Of a stretch of DNA of 64,000 nucleotides, positions 1-12,589 are shown piece after piece (the stretch's first letter is position 1; every line of letters starts with the position of its first letter). The position numbers were made by a program, and so were the translations under genes. This stretch comes from Squalus acanthias (Eukaryota). A model generated the notes under the pieces. That model had not been told where the DNA came from, searched no databases, and was given only the letters and a program-made list of their open reading frames with translations. Where the stretch lies: positions 56,360,001 through 56,424,000 of the forward strand of contig CM059432.1 of NCBI GenBank assembly GCA_030390025.1, read 5' to 3'.

Positions 1-19
1 AAAAAAAAAAAAATTAATT

Positions 20-460
20 AATTGGCTGCCATATGCTGGGTTATTTTCATATAGGTAGTCTTCAACTTTGTTTGTAGTGTTGCCTTTATATTGCTAGTTA
101 TTGATGTCAAACTATAATAGTTTTGTCGTTACTCGGTTTATTTTAATACTTCTATTGAAAATGGGTACCATGTTAGCTTGTTTCCAATCCAGTGGGACCT
201 CTCGTGTTCACTGAGTCCCTCATGATGATCACCAGCATTTTGTCAATTTTGTCTTGAATGACTCTTAGCACCCCTGGTATAAAGTGTCTACCCCGGCACT
301 TTATTGATTTTGAGAGCTCTATATCTGTCTGCAACATTCATGCAAGTGATTACAAAATCATTAAGTTTAGTCATGTAACCTCTTGTGATGGGTGGTATGT
401 TGCTAGTATCTTCTCTATTCATGACTTTTAGGAAATAATCACTTAATATGTTGATTATTT
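20..460 (-). mobile_element. Old degenerate CR1-like LINE RT fragment
   Basis: Minus-strand translation gives LKINKVPG, EVPLDWKQANMVPIF and SLTS motifs of the CR1 RT N-terminus. Boundaries approximate. Confidence 0.6.
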
Positions 461-1415
461 TTTGAACATATATATATATTTTATTTATATATAACGACTT
501 GTACTTTTATAGCAGTTGTAATATAACAAAAGCTTTTCACAGAGGTGAAAAAAACAATTGGGCAGTGTTGGGAGAAGGTTTAAGGACGGTCACTGAAGGT
601 AAGGTCAGAGAGATCGGTTTTAAGGGAAGTTTTGAAAGTGGGGTGATATGTAGCAAGGTAATGGGGTTGAGAAAGACGATTCCAGTGTGGATCGGAGAAG
701 GCTGACTGCTTTAATTCACAATAGCATTTGTGTTTCTGTGCAATTTTTTCTTCTCGTGGTATTTCCACTGAGACCTGAAATTTCCAGCAACTTTTTCAGC
801 GAATCTACAGGGCAACTTTTGTAAGCATAACTCATTTTTCTAATTTGTTAAAAAATAACTTGGTATACGAGGCAGTTAAATACTGGTTTAGAGAGCACAG
901 GTCAGTTTAAAGATCAAGCTTCTGCAGCTTTTCATTGTTATGAGCTTTCAAAACTTTGATATGTTGTCTGCAGTTGATGGTGTTGTAGTATTTAATGCGA
1001 TTACAAATTGACAGCTGAAGCATTCAGGTTATGTAATGTGCATGCCAAAATTCTTGATTCTTGCTGATGGTGTAAAATGGTATGTTCTGCTGTTATCCTT
1101 CTTTGAGAACCCAATTTACTTTTTACGCTGATAGTCTCAACTGAAATCAATGCCACATTGAATTTGTATTTGTAATGTACTCATCCGTTCCACATTCACA
1201 TTAGTTAAAAAATTTGGTTATGGTAGTAACATTTTAGTAATTAATTAGAATTGAATATGATTTTTCCTTCAGTAGTTGAACATTTGTGTTTTCAGTTTGT
1301 TGCCTTAAGTAATATTTTAACAAAATTGTACAATATAATGCAATAGTACATACAATTAGACCTTTAATTATACTGTCTGTCTTTGCTTAAAAACTGTAGC
1401 AGTAGTTAGAGTCAC

Positions 1416-1916
1416 GGGGAAAAATTCAGTATCGCCCCATTTGGGGCGCAATTATCGGCCGGGCGCAAAGATTATTGCTTTGCGCTAATTATTCCCTCCG
1501 ACTTCAAACTTGGCTTTTATCGCCCCTGGAGGTGATTGGAGCGCTAAATCAGGCGCTTCACACCTGTCTTAAGGCGCAAAGGCCGAGGAGCGAGGCACTA
1601 CCTCAGAGCGCTGGCGAAGCTCGTGATGTCAGTCAGCAATGGAACAGAGACACAATGGCCCCGGCCAGTTCTTAAAGGGGAGGGTTGATCTTGCTCTCCA
1701 TCCACATCCTGCTCATTGCAGCCTTGAATCTTGGCCTGGAGAGACCTGAACATCAAATCTGCTGGAAAGAACAATGGAGAGAACCAGGGAAAGAGCTCAG
1801 AGTGCAGCCCCCACAGTCTCTTCTAAATAGATGCAAGGAAGGGCAAATCAAAATGAACCTGCAAAGTGCTGCTCAGTACCCAAAACCCCTTCACACAGTG
1901 TTGAATCTCTCCAGAA

Positions 1917-1959
<43 letters not shown>

Positions 1960-2316
1960 AATGCGTGGTGCAAAAATGTCACCAACAAAAAAAGGCAGGA
2001 AGTGTTCGCCTTTAAATAGTGCTCCCCCAGTCCCTTCCTGACTGCAAAACGCTTCCCTCAACCTGTCGTTGTTAGCGGCAGGCGGTAAGGCAGGGGGCGC
2101 CACTCCATATCGGCTCCGGGGCGTTGCACACTTGACTGACGTCACGATCTGCCGGCGCAGGAGATCGTGGCGGTAGTGTTTAGCGCCGCCGCAAAATGTC
2201 TAGTTAATTTTGCGAGCGGCGCAAACATCGCCGCGCCCAGGCGCTAGTTGCTTTGTGCCCCATTAGTGCCCTCTTAAGGCGCTAACGGGAGGCGCAACCA
2301 ACTGAATTTTTCCCGC
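1416..2316. mobile_element. GC-rich MITE (non-autonomous DNA transposon, PIF/Harbinger-like)
   Basis: TIRs GGGGAAAAATTCAGT (1416-1430) and ACTGAATTTTTCCCG (2301-2315). Shares GCGCCCAGGCGCTAGTTG with the element at 26583. Sits in the tail of the adjacent CR1. Confidence 0.8.
1921..1957. repeat. (CT)n microsatellite
   Basis: Directly visible, inside the MITE. Confidence 0.95.
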
Positions 2317-5300
2317 ATAGAGTCATAGTCATACAGCACAGAAAGAGGCCCTTCGGCCCATCGTGTTTGCGCCGGCCATCAAGCTCTATCTATTCTAATC
2401 CCATTTTCCAGCACTTGGTCCGTAGCCTTGTATGCTATGGCGTTTCAAGTGCTCATCTAAATGCTTCTTGAATGTTGTGAGGGTTCCTGCCTCTACTACC
2501 CTTTCAGGCAGTGAGTTCCAGATTCCAACCACCCTCTGGGTGAAAATGTTTTTCCTCAAATCCCCTCTAAACCTCCTGCCCCTTACCTTGAAACTATGCC
2601 CCCTGCTTATTGACCCCTCTACTAAGGGGAAAAGTTCCTTTCTATCTACCCTATCTATGCCCCTCATAATTTTGTACACCTCAATCAGGTCCCCCCTCAG
2701 CCTTCTCTGCTCTAAGGAAAACAACCCCAGCCTGTCCAGTCTCTCTTCATAGCTGAAACGCTCCTGTCCAGTCTCTCTTCATAGCTGAAATGCTCCAGCC
2801 CAGGTAACATCCTGGTGAATCTCCTCTGCACCCTCTCCAATGCAATCACATCCTTCCTATAGTGTGGCGACCAGAACTGCACACAGTATTCCAGCTGTGG
2901 CCTAACTAGCGTTTTGTACAGCTCCATCATAACCGCCCTGCTCTTGCGTTCATTAGCCGAGGCATAGTATATAAGTATCCCATATGCCTTCTTAACCACC
3001 TTATCTACCTGTCCTGCTGCCTTCAGGGATCTTTGTACATGCACACCAAGGTCCCTCCGATCCTCTGTCCTTCCTAGGGTCCTACCATTCACTGTATATT
3101 CCCTTGCCTTGTTAGTCCTCCCAAAATGCATCACCTCACACTTTTCAGGGTTAAATTCCATTTGCCACTGTTCTGCCCATCTGACCAACCCATCTATATC
3201 ACCCTGTAGCCTGAGGGTTCCCTCCTCGCTATTTACCATTCCACCAATTTTCGTGTCATCTGCAAACTTACTGATCATATCTCCTACATTCATATCTAAA
3301 TCATTAATGTACACTACAAACAGCAAGGGACCCAGCACCAATCCCTGCAGTACACCACTGGACACAGGCTTCCAGTCACAAAAACAACCTTCGACCATCA
3401 CCCTCTGCCTCCTGCCACTAAGCCAATTTTGGATCCAATGTGCCAAATTGCCCTGGATCCCATGGGCTCTTACCTTCTTGACCAGTCTCCCATGCGGGAC
3501 TTTGTCAAAAGCCTTACTGAAGTCCATGTAGACTACATCAACTGCACTACCCTCATCCACACACCTGGTCATCCCCTCGAAAAATTCAATCAAATTGGTT
3601 AGACATGATCTCCCCCTGACAAAGCCATACTGACTATCCTTGATTAATCCTTGCCTCTCCAAGTGGAGACTAATTCTGTCCCTCAGGGAAATTATTGGAA
3701 AAAATTCTATCACTGATGTTAGGCTCACTGGCCTGTAATTCCCTGATTTATCCCTACTACCCTTCTTGAATAATGGTACTACGTTAGCTGTCCTCCAGTC
3801 CTCTGGCACCTCCCCTGTGGCCAGAGAGGTTCTGAAAATTTGTGTCAGAGCCCCTGCAATCTCCTCCCTTGCCTCACACAGCAGCCTGGGATACATCCTG
3901 TCAGGGCCTGGGGATTTATCCACTTTTAAGCCCGCTAAAACTGCTAGTACCTCCTCCTTCTCAATGCTAATTTGTTCAAGTATATCACAATCTCCCTGCC
4001 TGATTTCTATGCCTACATCGTCCTTCTCCATAGTGAACACAGATGCAAAATATTCATTTAAAACCTCACCTGCATCTTCTGGCTCTACACACACATTGCC
4101 ACTTTGGTCCCTAATGGGCCCTACTCTTTCCCTGGTTATCCGCTTGCCCTTAATATACTTATAAAACACCTTGGGATTTTCCTTTATTTTGCCCGCCAGT
4201 GTTTTTTCATGCCCCCTCTTCGCTCTCCTAATTTATTTTTTAAGTACCCTCCTGCACTTTCTGTACTCCTTTAGGGCTTCCTCTTTACTCTTTACAATCT
4301 ATATTAACGATTTGGAGGAAGGGACCAAGTGTAACATATCAAAATTTGCAGATGATACAAAGATGGGAGGGAAAGTAGTGAGTGAGGAGGACATAAAAAA
4401 CCTGCAAGGGGACATAGACAAGCTAAGTAAGTGGGCAGAGATTTGGCAGATGGAATACAACACTGGAAAGTGTGAGGTGATGCACTTTGGCAGGAAAAAT
4501 CCTAGAGCAATTTATTATCTTAATGGCAAGAAACTGGAGAGTACTGAAGCGCAAAGGGATCTGGGGGTCCTGGTGCACGAAACTCAAAAGGTTAGTATGC
4601 AGGTGCAGCAAGTGATTAAGAAGGCAAATGGAATGTTGGCTTTCATTGCTAGGGGGATAGAATATAAAAATAGGGAGGTATTGCTTCAGTTGTACAAGGT
4701 ATTGGTGAGACCGCACCTGGAATACTGCATACAGTTTTGGTGTCCTTACTTAAGGAAAGACATCCTTGCTCTCGAGGCAGTGCAAAAAAGGTTCACTCGG
4801 TTAATCCCGGGGATGAGGGGGTGGTCATATGAGGAGAGGTTGGGTAGATTGGGACTCTACTCATTGGAGTTCAGAAGAATGAGAGGCGATCTTATTGAAA
4901 CATATAAGATTGTGAAGGGGTTGGATCGGGTGGATGCGGGGAGGATGTTCCCGATGACGGGTGAGACGAGAACTAGGGGACATAGTCTTAGAATAAGGGG
5001 CTGCTCTTTCAAAACTGAGATGAGGAGGAACTACTTCACTCAGAGGGTGGTAGGTCCATGGAATATGCTGCCACAAAAAGCTGTAGAAGCTACATCATTA
5101 AATAAATTTAAAACAGAAATAGACAGTTTCCTAGAAGTAAAGGGCATTAAGGGTTACGGGGAGCGGGCAGGAATTTGGACATGAGTCTAGGTTCGGATCG
5201 GTCATGGCCCTGTGGGTAGTGGAGCGGGCCCAGGGACCGTGTAGCCTGATTCTGCTCCTATTTCGTGTGTGCAATTCTGTTAGATGCAGGAGATGGTTCT

Positions 5301-7332
5301 GTGATAGTAGATTGGCGGTTAGGATCAGATCAGCCATGATCTTGTTGAATGGCGGAGCAGGCTCGAGGGGCCGATTGGCCTACTCCTGCTCCTATTTCTT
5401 ATGTTCTTATGTTCTTCCACTGTTTTTAGTCCTTTGTATCTGCCAAAAGCCTCCCTTTTTTTCCTAATACATTCTTGTATATCTCTTGACATCCAGGGTT
5501 CCCTGGACTTGTTGGTCCCACCCTTGACCTTTACGGGAACATGTTGGCGCTGTACTCTCTCTCTTTCCTTTCTGAAAGACTCCCACTGCTCTGATGTGGA
5601 TTTTCCTACAAGGAGCTGATCCCAGTCCACTTTGGCCAGATCCTGCCTTATCATATTAAAATCGGCCTTCCCCCAATTTAGAACCTTTATTTCCGGTCCA
5701 TCTTTGTCTTTTTCCAAACTACCTTAAATCTCACCGAATTATGGTCACTGTCACCAAAATGCTCTCCTACTGATACTTCTACCACTTTCCCGGCTACATT
5801 CCCTAGAATTAGGTCCACTACCGCCCCCTCTCTTGTAGGACTTTCTACATGCTGGCTCAAAAAGCTCTCCTGGATGCACTTTAAGAATTCCACACCCTCT
5901 AAGCCTTTCACACTCTGACTATTCCAGTTAATACTGGGGAAGTTGAAATCCCCTACTATTATTACCCTATTCTACATTTCTTTGAGATTTGCCTACGTAT
6001 CTGTTCCCCTATCTCCCCCTGACTATTTGGGGGCCTATAGTACACTCCCAGCAAAGTGCTTGCCCCCTTTTTGTTTTTAAGTTCTACCCATATGGCCTCA
6101 TTAGAGGAACCTGCTAAGATATCATCCCTCTTTACTGCAGTAATTGACTCCTTGATTAATATTGCAACACCCCCTCCTCTTTTACACCCCTTCTGTCTCG
6201 CCTGAAGATTCTATACCCCGGAATATTGAGCTGCCAGTCCTGCCCCTCCCTCAACCATGTCTCTGTGATAGCAACAATATCACACTCCCATGTGTTCATC
6301 AACACCTTCAATTCATCTGCCTTACTCGCAAGACTCCTTGCATTAAAATAAATGCCATCCAGCCTTGCCATGCTCCCTTGTGCCGTTACATATTTGCTTT
6401 GCCTTCCAGGCTGACTTGTTTTTTCCTCTATATTTGGCTGTGCATCACCCCCTACTATAACTCCACTCCGTATCCCATCCCCCTGCCAAGTTAGTTTAAA
6501 CCCCCCCCCCCCAACAACACTAGCAAACCTCCCTGCTTGTGCCGTTACATATTTGCTTTGCCTTCCAGGCTGACTTGTTTTTTCCTCTATATTTGGCTGT
6601 GCATCACCCCCTACTATAACTCCACTCCGTATCCCATCCCCCTGCCAAGTTAGTTTAAACCCCCCCCCCCCCCCCCCCCCCCCAACAACACTAGCAAACC
6701 TCCCTGCAAGGATGTTGGTCCCGTTCCGGTTCAGGTGCAACCCGTCCGACTTGTACAGGTTCCACCTTCCCCAGAAACAGACCCAGTGATCCAGGAAACT
6801 AAAGCCCTCCCTCCTGCACCAACTCTTTAGCCACGCATTCATCTGCTGTATTCTCCTGTTCCTATACTCACTAGCACGTGGCACCGGGAGTAATCCAGAG
6901 ATTACAACCTTTGAGGTACTGCTTTTTAATCTGCTACCTAGCTCCCTAAATTCTTGTTGCAGGACCTCATCCCTCTTTCTACCTATGTTGTTGGTACCAA
7001 TGTGAACCACAACCTCTGGCTGTTCACCCTTCAGAATGCCCTGCAGCCGTTCAGTGACATCCTTGACCCTGGCACCAGGGAGGCAACATACCATCCTGGA
7101 GTCACGTCTGTGGCCGCAGAAACGCCTGTCTGCACCCCTCACTATTGAGTCTCCTACCACGATTGCCCTTCCACTTTTACTCCTCTCCCCTTGTGCAGCT
7201 GAGCCACCCACAGTGCCTTGAACTTGGCTCTGGCTGCACTCCCCAGAGGAACCGTCACTTTCACCGTTTTCCAACACACAAAAACGGTTGTTGAGTGAGA
7301 TGCACTCTGGGGCTTTCCTGACTTCCTGCCTT
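2317..7332 (-). mobile_element. CR1 LINE, 5'-truncated within ORF1 (esterase, APE and RT), interrupted by a nested CR1
   Basis: ORF 6156-7277 has GDS...GTN...DGLH SGNH/esterase motifs and the APE start YFNARS. ORF 2712-4169 is RT (YRPVSLTS, DFSKAFDKV, KFADD). Short repeat tail at 2317-2332. Confidence 0.95.
4282..5413 (+). mobile_element. 5'-truncated CR1 nested antisense in the CR1 at 2317-7332
   Basis: RT C-terminal ORF (KFADDTK...LEYCIQFW), (TTCTTATG)n tail, probable CTTCC TSD at 4277-4281 and 5414-5418. The host sequence resumes collinearly. Confidence 0.93.
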
Positions 7333-7339
7333 CTTAAGA

Positions 7340-7610
7340 TTTTTATTTAAGCTCAGCATTATCTCTTGGCTTTTCTACTCCATACCTCTTGAGATAAAAC
7401 CTAAAATTCTATTAGCCTGTTGTTCACAACCTTATCAACCTGAAATGATGCCTTTAATGTTCTGTGAACCTGTTCCCGCAAGTCCTTCTGCTCTTCCACA
7501 GCACTGAGCCTACTTTAATTCAGAGTATAATTAATGCTATTTTTTTTTTAGCCAAAATGCATCACCTCACATTTAATGACATTGAATTCCATCTGACATT
7601 ATGTGCCATT
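7340..7610 (-). mobile_element. Old CR1 RT C-terminal fragment
   Basis: Degenerate matches to the WQMEFN..KCEVMHFG and ILGFI..EY regions of younger CR1 copies in this window. Confidence 0.6.
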
Positions 7611-8213
7611 TGGGAAAAACCTTACATATTTTTGCATCTTATCTATCAACGAGTATGATTGGTCAGATGATATTGATGGGTAGGCACAGGACACTTTGAA
7701 TAAGCTGCCTAATGTGTTTGGAGTGGTATTGGCTCCAAGTGTTCAAATGTGTCAACACAACATTGCGACAAATCAGTGTGTGTTTTTGGCACCTCATTAC
7801 GATAGCTTTTGTGCTGTAGTGGGAGTAAATCTGGTAACACCCTTGCATGAAAAAGATGCAGTTTGAGCCATTTTAGTTCTATGAAAGTGTGGCAATAGTG
7901 AAATAAGGTACTTGAATATTACTGATTTATGCTAGTAATTGGAAGGGGAAAAATTCTTGTAAGTTTCGTATCACAATAGAGTGCCTTTTTCTTGGGTCAG
8001 TACAGTGGCCTTCAGAATGTTTCAGAAATACAACTCCGTTGACAGAATACTTCAAAATCTGTCAAGTTTAGAGACTTAATTGTTCAATGTAGATATAATG
8101 TGTGTTATGGTATTGTAATGCAAAACTTGTGTAATTCCAGTAATGGTTTCTTTTCTAAATTATTCTTGTTCAATATTGATGCTTTCTTTTCTTCTCTCTG
8201 ATCAATTTTGCAG

Positions 8214-8340
8214 GGACTGCTGGTAACCGGTGTTGAATTTGAATCTCTCCCAGCTGCACTCTCTCTTCCTGCTGAATCAGGGCTATACCCAGTCACACTT
8301 GTTGGTGTTCCACGTACATCAGGACAGATCAATATAAATG
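8214..8340 (+). CDS. TRAPPC9: TRAPPC9 internal coding exon (127 nt, phase 0 to 1)
   Basis: Polypyrimidine tract and CAG acceptor at 8211-8213, GTAAGA donor at 8341. Translates [43 protein letters not shown], which I recognise as vertebrate TRAPPC9. Not in the ORF track. Confidence 0.95.
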
Positions 8341-8519
8341 GTAAGAATATGGAATAAGCCTATGTTTAATATCAGAAAAACTTTCTACAAAGATGTAGTT
8401 ACCTAATGAGGTATTTACTTACAGCAGAAAGCCCTCTCTATATGTTGCACATGGCATGCTGTCTACAAATGTTTATTTCGGTTGTGATTTTTAAGTCGTG
8501 CCTCTGTTAACATTTCGAA

Positions 8520-8880
8520 TGGAACTTGCATTCATAGGGAACCTTGAACATAATTATTCAGTGCCTTTAATGTAAAAAATATCCCAAGGTGCTTCACAAA
8601 AGGCATATGGGAAACTGCCACTGAGTTAGGAAAGGAGAGATTTGGGTAGGTGACTGAAAGCTTGGCTGGCACAATATATTTTGAGGACATTTTTAAAGGA
8701 GACCAAGATGGCGAAGCAGAAGGGTTTAAGGAGAGGATTCCAGAGAGCAGGACCCATGATGCTGAAGGCTCTGCTGGCCATTGTGGGGCAAATGGAGGAG
8801 GGACTGTGCAAGAGGTTGGAGTATGAAGAATGTAGAGTTCATGGGGGAATTATAAGGGTTTCAGCAGTGTTTGGGCAGCA
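8520..8880 (-). mobile_element. L2-like LINE 3' remnant
   Basis: AACTTGCATT...CCCAAGGTGCTTCAC terminus shared with 12590 and 53477 (same strand) and 56133-56250 (opposite strand). Confidence 0.6.
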
Positions 8881-8921
8881 GCAGGTGGAAACACAGTTAT
8901 CTTTGTGAGGGAGAATACATG

Positions 8922-9647
8922 GGGGCAGAAATTCGGCTGTTGTCGGGTGAGTACGCACTGTGTACTCACCCGTAGACGGAACGAAAGTGCCGGTTTCTTG
9001 CATGCGCGGGAAACCGGCACTTCCGTTCCCCTGAGGAAAGGGGTTCAGAGGTCGAATGCGCGTTCGCCTCGCACTTCGGATTTTTTTTTACAGGTTCCTC
9101 CGTGAAGGTAAGCATGGAGAAGATACACTTTTAAAAAGGATGCGCAAGGCCTTTTTTTTAACGAGGTAAGTGTTGATTTTATTAAAATTTAAACTTTTTT
9201 CACAGATTTATCTTTTTTAATCACTTTAAAGAAAGGTAAGTTTAGTTTCAGCCCCGTTAAAATTTAATTTTTTCAAAAATTAAAATTTTTGTTTAAAATA
9301 GTTAATTAATGTAATTTATAGTTATTTTAAAAATTTGATTTTAAAAAAATTTATTTGTAGTTTTAGGGATGTTTTGGGGCCGATCTGTATTCATAGATTT
9401 GACAGGTCCTGTCAAATCTATGAATGAAAGATGGTCTGCTGCCATTGGCTCTCCATGGCCCACGTGATCCTAGGGGACGCATCGCACTAACTACGCCCCT
9501 GGGATACACGAGCACTGCGCGCCGGCAGCCGCAGAAGGCCCAGGAGCCGAAGTCCCCGTGGGCCCAGAGGTCAACGGCAGGCGCGGTAGGTAGGTGCGCG
9601 CGCGATCCTTGCACCCACGGGAAGCCAGGGAGCTGAATTTCTGGCCC
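8922..9647. mobile_element. MITE with 17-bp TIRs and 3-bp TSD (PIF/Harbinger-like)
   Basis: TIRs GGGGCAGAAATTCGGCT and AGCTGAATTTCTGGCCC, ATG duplicated at 8919-8921 and 9648-9650. GC-rich ends with an AT-rich core. Confidence 0.85.
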
Positions 9648-9895
9648 ATGGGGTTTGAAACTCAGCTCGGGCTGAAGAGATTGCAACCAAAAAAAGACAA
9701 AGCTGGAAATAATCAGCAGTTGATGGAGCATCTATGGCAGTCAGTCAAGGTTTGAGAAGACCTGTCCTCGGGACTCTACTGCACAAGATAGCTTCTCATT
9801 CCATTCCTTCTCTGCCTGCCTGATAAAACTGCACTTAACCAGGAACTGGCTTTTGAAATGTAGGGGGCAGAATTACAAGAGGTTTCCTCATGACT

Positions 9896-10685
9896 TTGGC
9901 AGGAAAAATCAGAGAGCAAGTTATTATCTTAATGGCGAGAAACTGGAAAGTACTGCAGTTCAAAGGGATCTGGGGGTCTTGGTGCAAGAAAATCAAAAAG
10001 TTAGTATGCAGGTGCAGCAGGTGATCAAGAAAGCCAATGGAATGTTGGCTTTTATTGCTAGGGGGATAGAATATAAAAACAGGGAGGTATTGCTGCAGTT
10101 GTGTAGGGTATTGGTGAGACCGCACCTGGAGTACTGCATACAGTTTTGGTGTCCATACTTAAGAAAAGACATACTTGCTCTCGAGGCAGTACAAAGAAGG
10201 TTCACTCGGTTAATTCCGGGGATGAGGGGGTGGACATACGAGGAGAGGTTGAGTAGATTGGGACTCTACTCATTGGAGTTCAGAAGAATGAGAGGCGATC
10301 TTATTGAAACATATAAGATTGTGAAGGGGCTTGATCGGGTGGACGCGGTGAGGATGTTCCCAATGATGGGTGAAACTAGAACTAGGGGACATAATCTTAG
10401 AATAAGGGGCTCCTCTTTCAAAACTGAGATGAGGAGAAACTTTTTCACTCAGAGGGTAGTGGGTCTGTGGAATTTGCTACCCCAGGAAGCTGTGGAAGCT
10501 ACTTCATTAAATAAATTTAAAACAGAAATAGACCGTTTCCTAGAAGTAAAGGGAATCAAGGGTTACGGGGAGCGGGCTGGAAATTGGACATGAGTTTGAG
10601 TTCGGATCAGCCATGATCTCATTGAATGGCGGAGCAGGCTCGAGGGGCCGATTGGTCTCCTCCTGCTCCTATTTCTTATGTTCTT
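9896..10685 (+). mobile_element. 5'-truncated CR1 3' fragment (sister of 4282-5413)
   Basis: ORF 9853-10593 is nearly identical to the C-terminus of ORF 4171-5184. TTCTTATG tail. Possible ATGACT TSD at 9890 and 10686. Confidence 0.93.
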
Positions 10686-11456
10686 ATGACTCTGAACAGG
10701 GTCCTTTTTATAACGCCTTACAAGTTTAACTGGAAAGACTTTTAATAAAAGTACCTGACCCAAATATGAGACTGGGAGGCAAATGTAATGTTATTTTTCT
10801 CTTCTCTGCTCTGAGCACCATTTTGTCCCCCTCATTGCGCTTTCTCTCTTACTTCTCCTTCCTGCCGCAAGGCCCTTCCTTCTAAATTAATCTTGTTCAA
10901 TATCAATGCTTTTTTTCTTCCCTACTCGTTATTTCCTACTCCTCGCCTTTTACTTCTGATCTACATTCTACTGCCACTTGTTCTGAGCCTTCCCACCCCT
11001 CTTCCTTTCCCCCTTCCAATAGGTGCACCTTACCCCTGGCCGCATCCGTGTCTCATTCACCAACAGAAAATCTGACCTTTGGTGTAGATCTCTCCCTACC
11101 CACCAGCCATGACCTAAATGGCACAAAAGACACTCAGGCCTGCAGCACTGCCCAGATCCCACCTAGTGCTATCTCGCCTGTAAACCTTTCCTTTCCCATC
11201 GATCACCTGCAGTCCTGAGCGTTCATTTGTTCCGGCCACTTGATTGCCCTTTCCCTATTCTTCCTACTGCCGCTTCACGTTCATCACCAGAAAATGGCTT
11301 GGGTCTCTCCCCTTCCCAAGACTGGCACAAAAGACATCCGCGATCTCTCCTGCCTGGAGCCCAACAGCCACTGCCACAAAGTGCTGCCTTCCCTACTACA
11401 TCCCAGCACCTTCGACACAAAGGGACAAAGGAAAGAGAGAAACTAATGAAGACAGC

Positions 11457-12589
11457 AGCCCGGAATTTGTGGTCAGTGGCGAAGCAAAGATATTTGACGC
11501 TGGCCCTGAAGAAAGCTGCCCACAAAGATCTTGTGATCTCTGTGGCGAGAAGTTTGCCTTTTTTGACTCGTAAGTGAGATCAGTGCAGAATAGTGGGGAA
11601 TCCCTACAGCGCTCTGCTGTGACATCAACAAGCTGTCTAAGCAGCCAATCACAATGCAGAATTCTTACAGGGAAGTTGCTTTTATTCAGACACTTAAAAA
11701 TGTTAGAGAGAGCAAAACAAAGATTGGGGCTCTGACATGGGGAAAAAGTAAATCTGAAATAAATATGAACAAACTTTAAAAAAAAAATACAATTTTTTTT
11801 AAAGTTTCTTAAAAATTGTAATTTTTATCATAATGGAAAAATTTGGCACTCCACAAAATTAAAAGTAGTTTTTCAGGACCATGACGTTTGTTTAGCAGTC
11901 AATACGTTGTTAAAACCCCAGTTATACCTAATCCAACAAGGCCTAACTTTTGTTGAGATATTTATCAGCAATATTACTGCGGAAAAGCCCAAGTTTTCAT
12001 AATTTTCCATGATTTCACTGATTACACTGATTGCCAGCTATGTGAGGTGGGTGCAGGGCCACAGCGCAGCCTGTGTTGGAGCAGTGAATGACTGACTGCA
12101 ACTTCAGGATTTCTGCATTTAGATGCGCATGTGCTACATCCTTAAGTTTCGGTCAGTTTCGAAGAGGTAATGGGCCATATTTTGCGACCCCTACGGGTGC
12201 GTACGAGGTGCACATGCGCCTGTAGGGGCCGTGCAAGTGCCGGGTTTAGGCATGCAAAGCGCATGCACTGAAACCCGGCACTTGCGATCTGTCAAGAATG
12301 ACAGTTCCGTACGTACGGAACTCACATAAGTATGAATGGGGATTCCCTTCTTTCATTGGTTGGGCTGGCTCACGTGATCCCGGGGCGCTTGCGCCCCTGG
12401 GATACTTGGGCCTCTACGCATTTCTACCAGGAGAGGCCCAGGATCGCAAGCCCGGATCACCAGGTAAATGCGTAGATTTTTTGATGATCGGAGCCATCCG
12501 TCCGCGGGAATCCTCCGATCACAAATTCAGGCCCTACAACAGTGAATGCTGTTAGTTCACTGTTATTACCCACCTGTGAATTCTGGGCC
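11457..12589. mobile_element. MITE (same family as 29058-29919) containing a nested MITE
   Basis: Ends AGCCCGGAATTT and GAATTCTGGGCC. Collinear with 29058-29919 once 12172-12534 is removed. Confidence 0.75.
12172..12534. mobile_element. Nested MITE (family of 55561-56132)
   Basis: Ends GGGCCATATTTTGCG and CACAAATTCAGGCCC. CCCCTACGGGTGCGTACGAG and an internal hairpin are shared with 55561. Confidence 0.8.

Noticed and set aside
2731..2794. 32-bp tandem duplication in CR1
   Set aside because: Real, but an ordinary frameshifting slippage lesion in a dead copy.
2432..4164. Recurrent antisense ORFs over CR1 RT regions (also 16352-17615, 21640-22736, 42898-43608)
   Set aside because: They are shadow frames of the LINE coding strand with no independent domain or splice evidence.
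6156..7277. 373-aa esterase-endonuclease fusion ORF as a novel gene
   Set aside because: It is explained by CR1 ORF1/ORF2 joined through poly-G length changes and a tandem duplication. The rest of the element is broken.
9690..9760. Possible reverse copy of the 29557 hammerhead element
   Set aside because: Only the flanking part resembles it. The CTGANGA/GAAA core is not recognisable.
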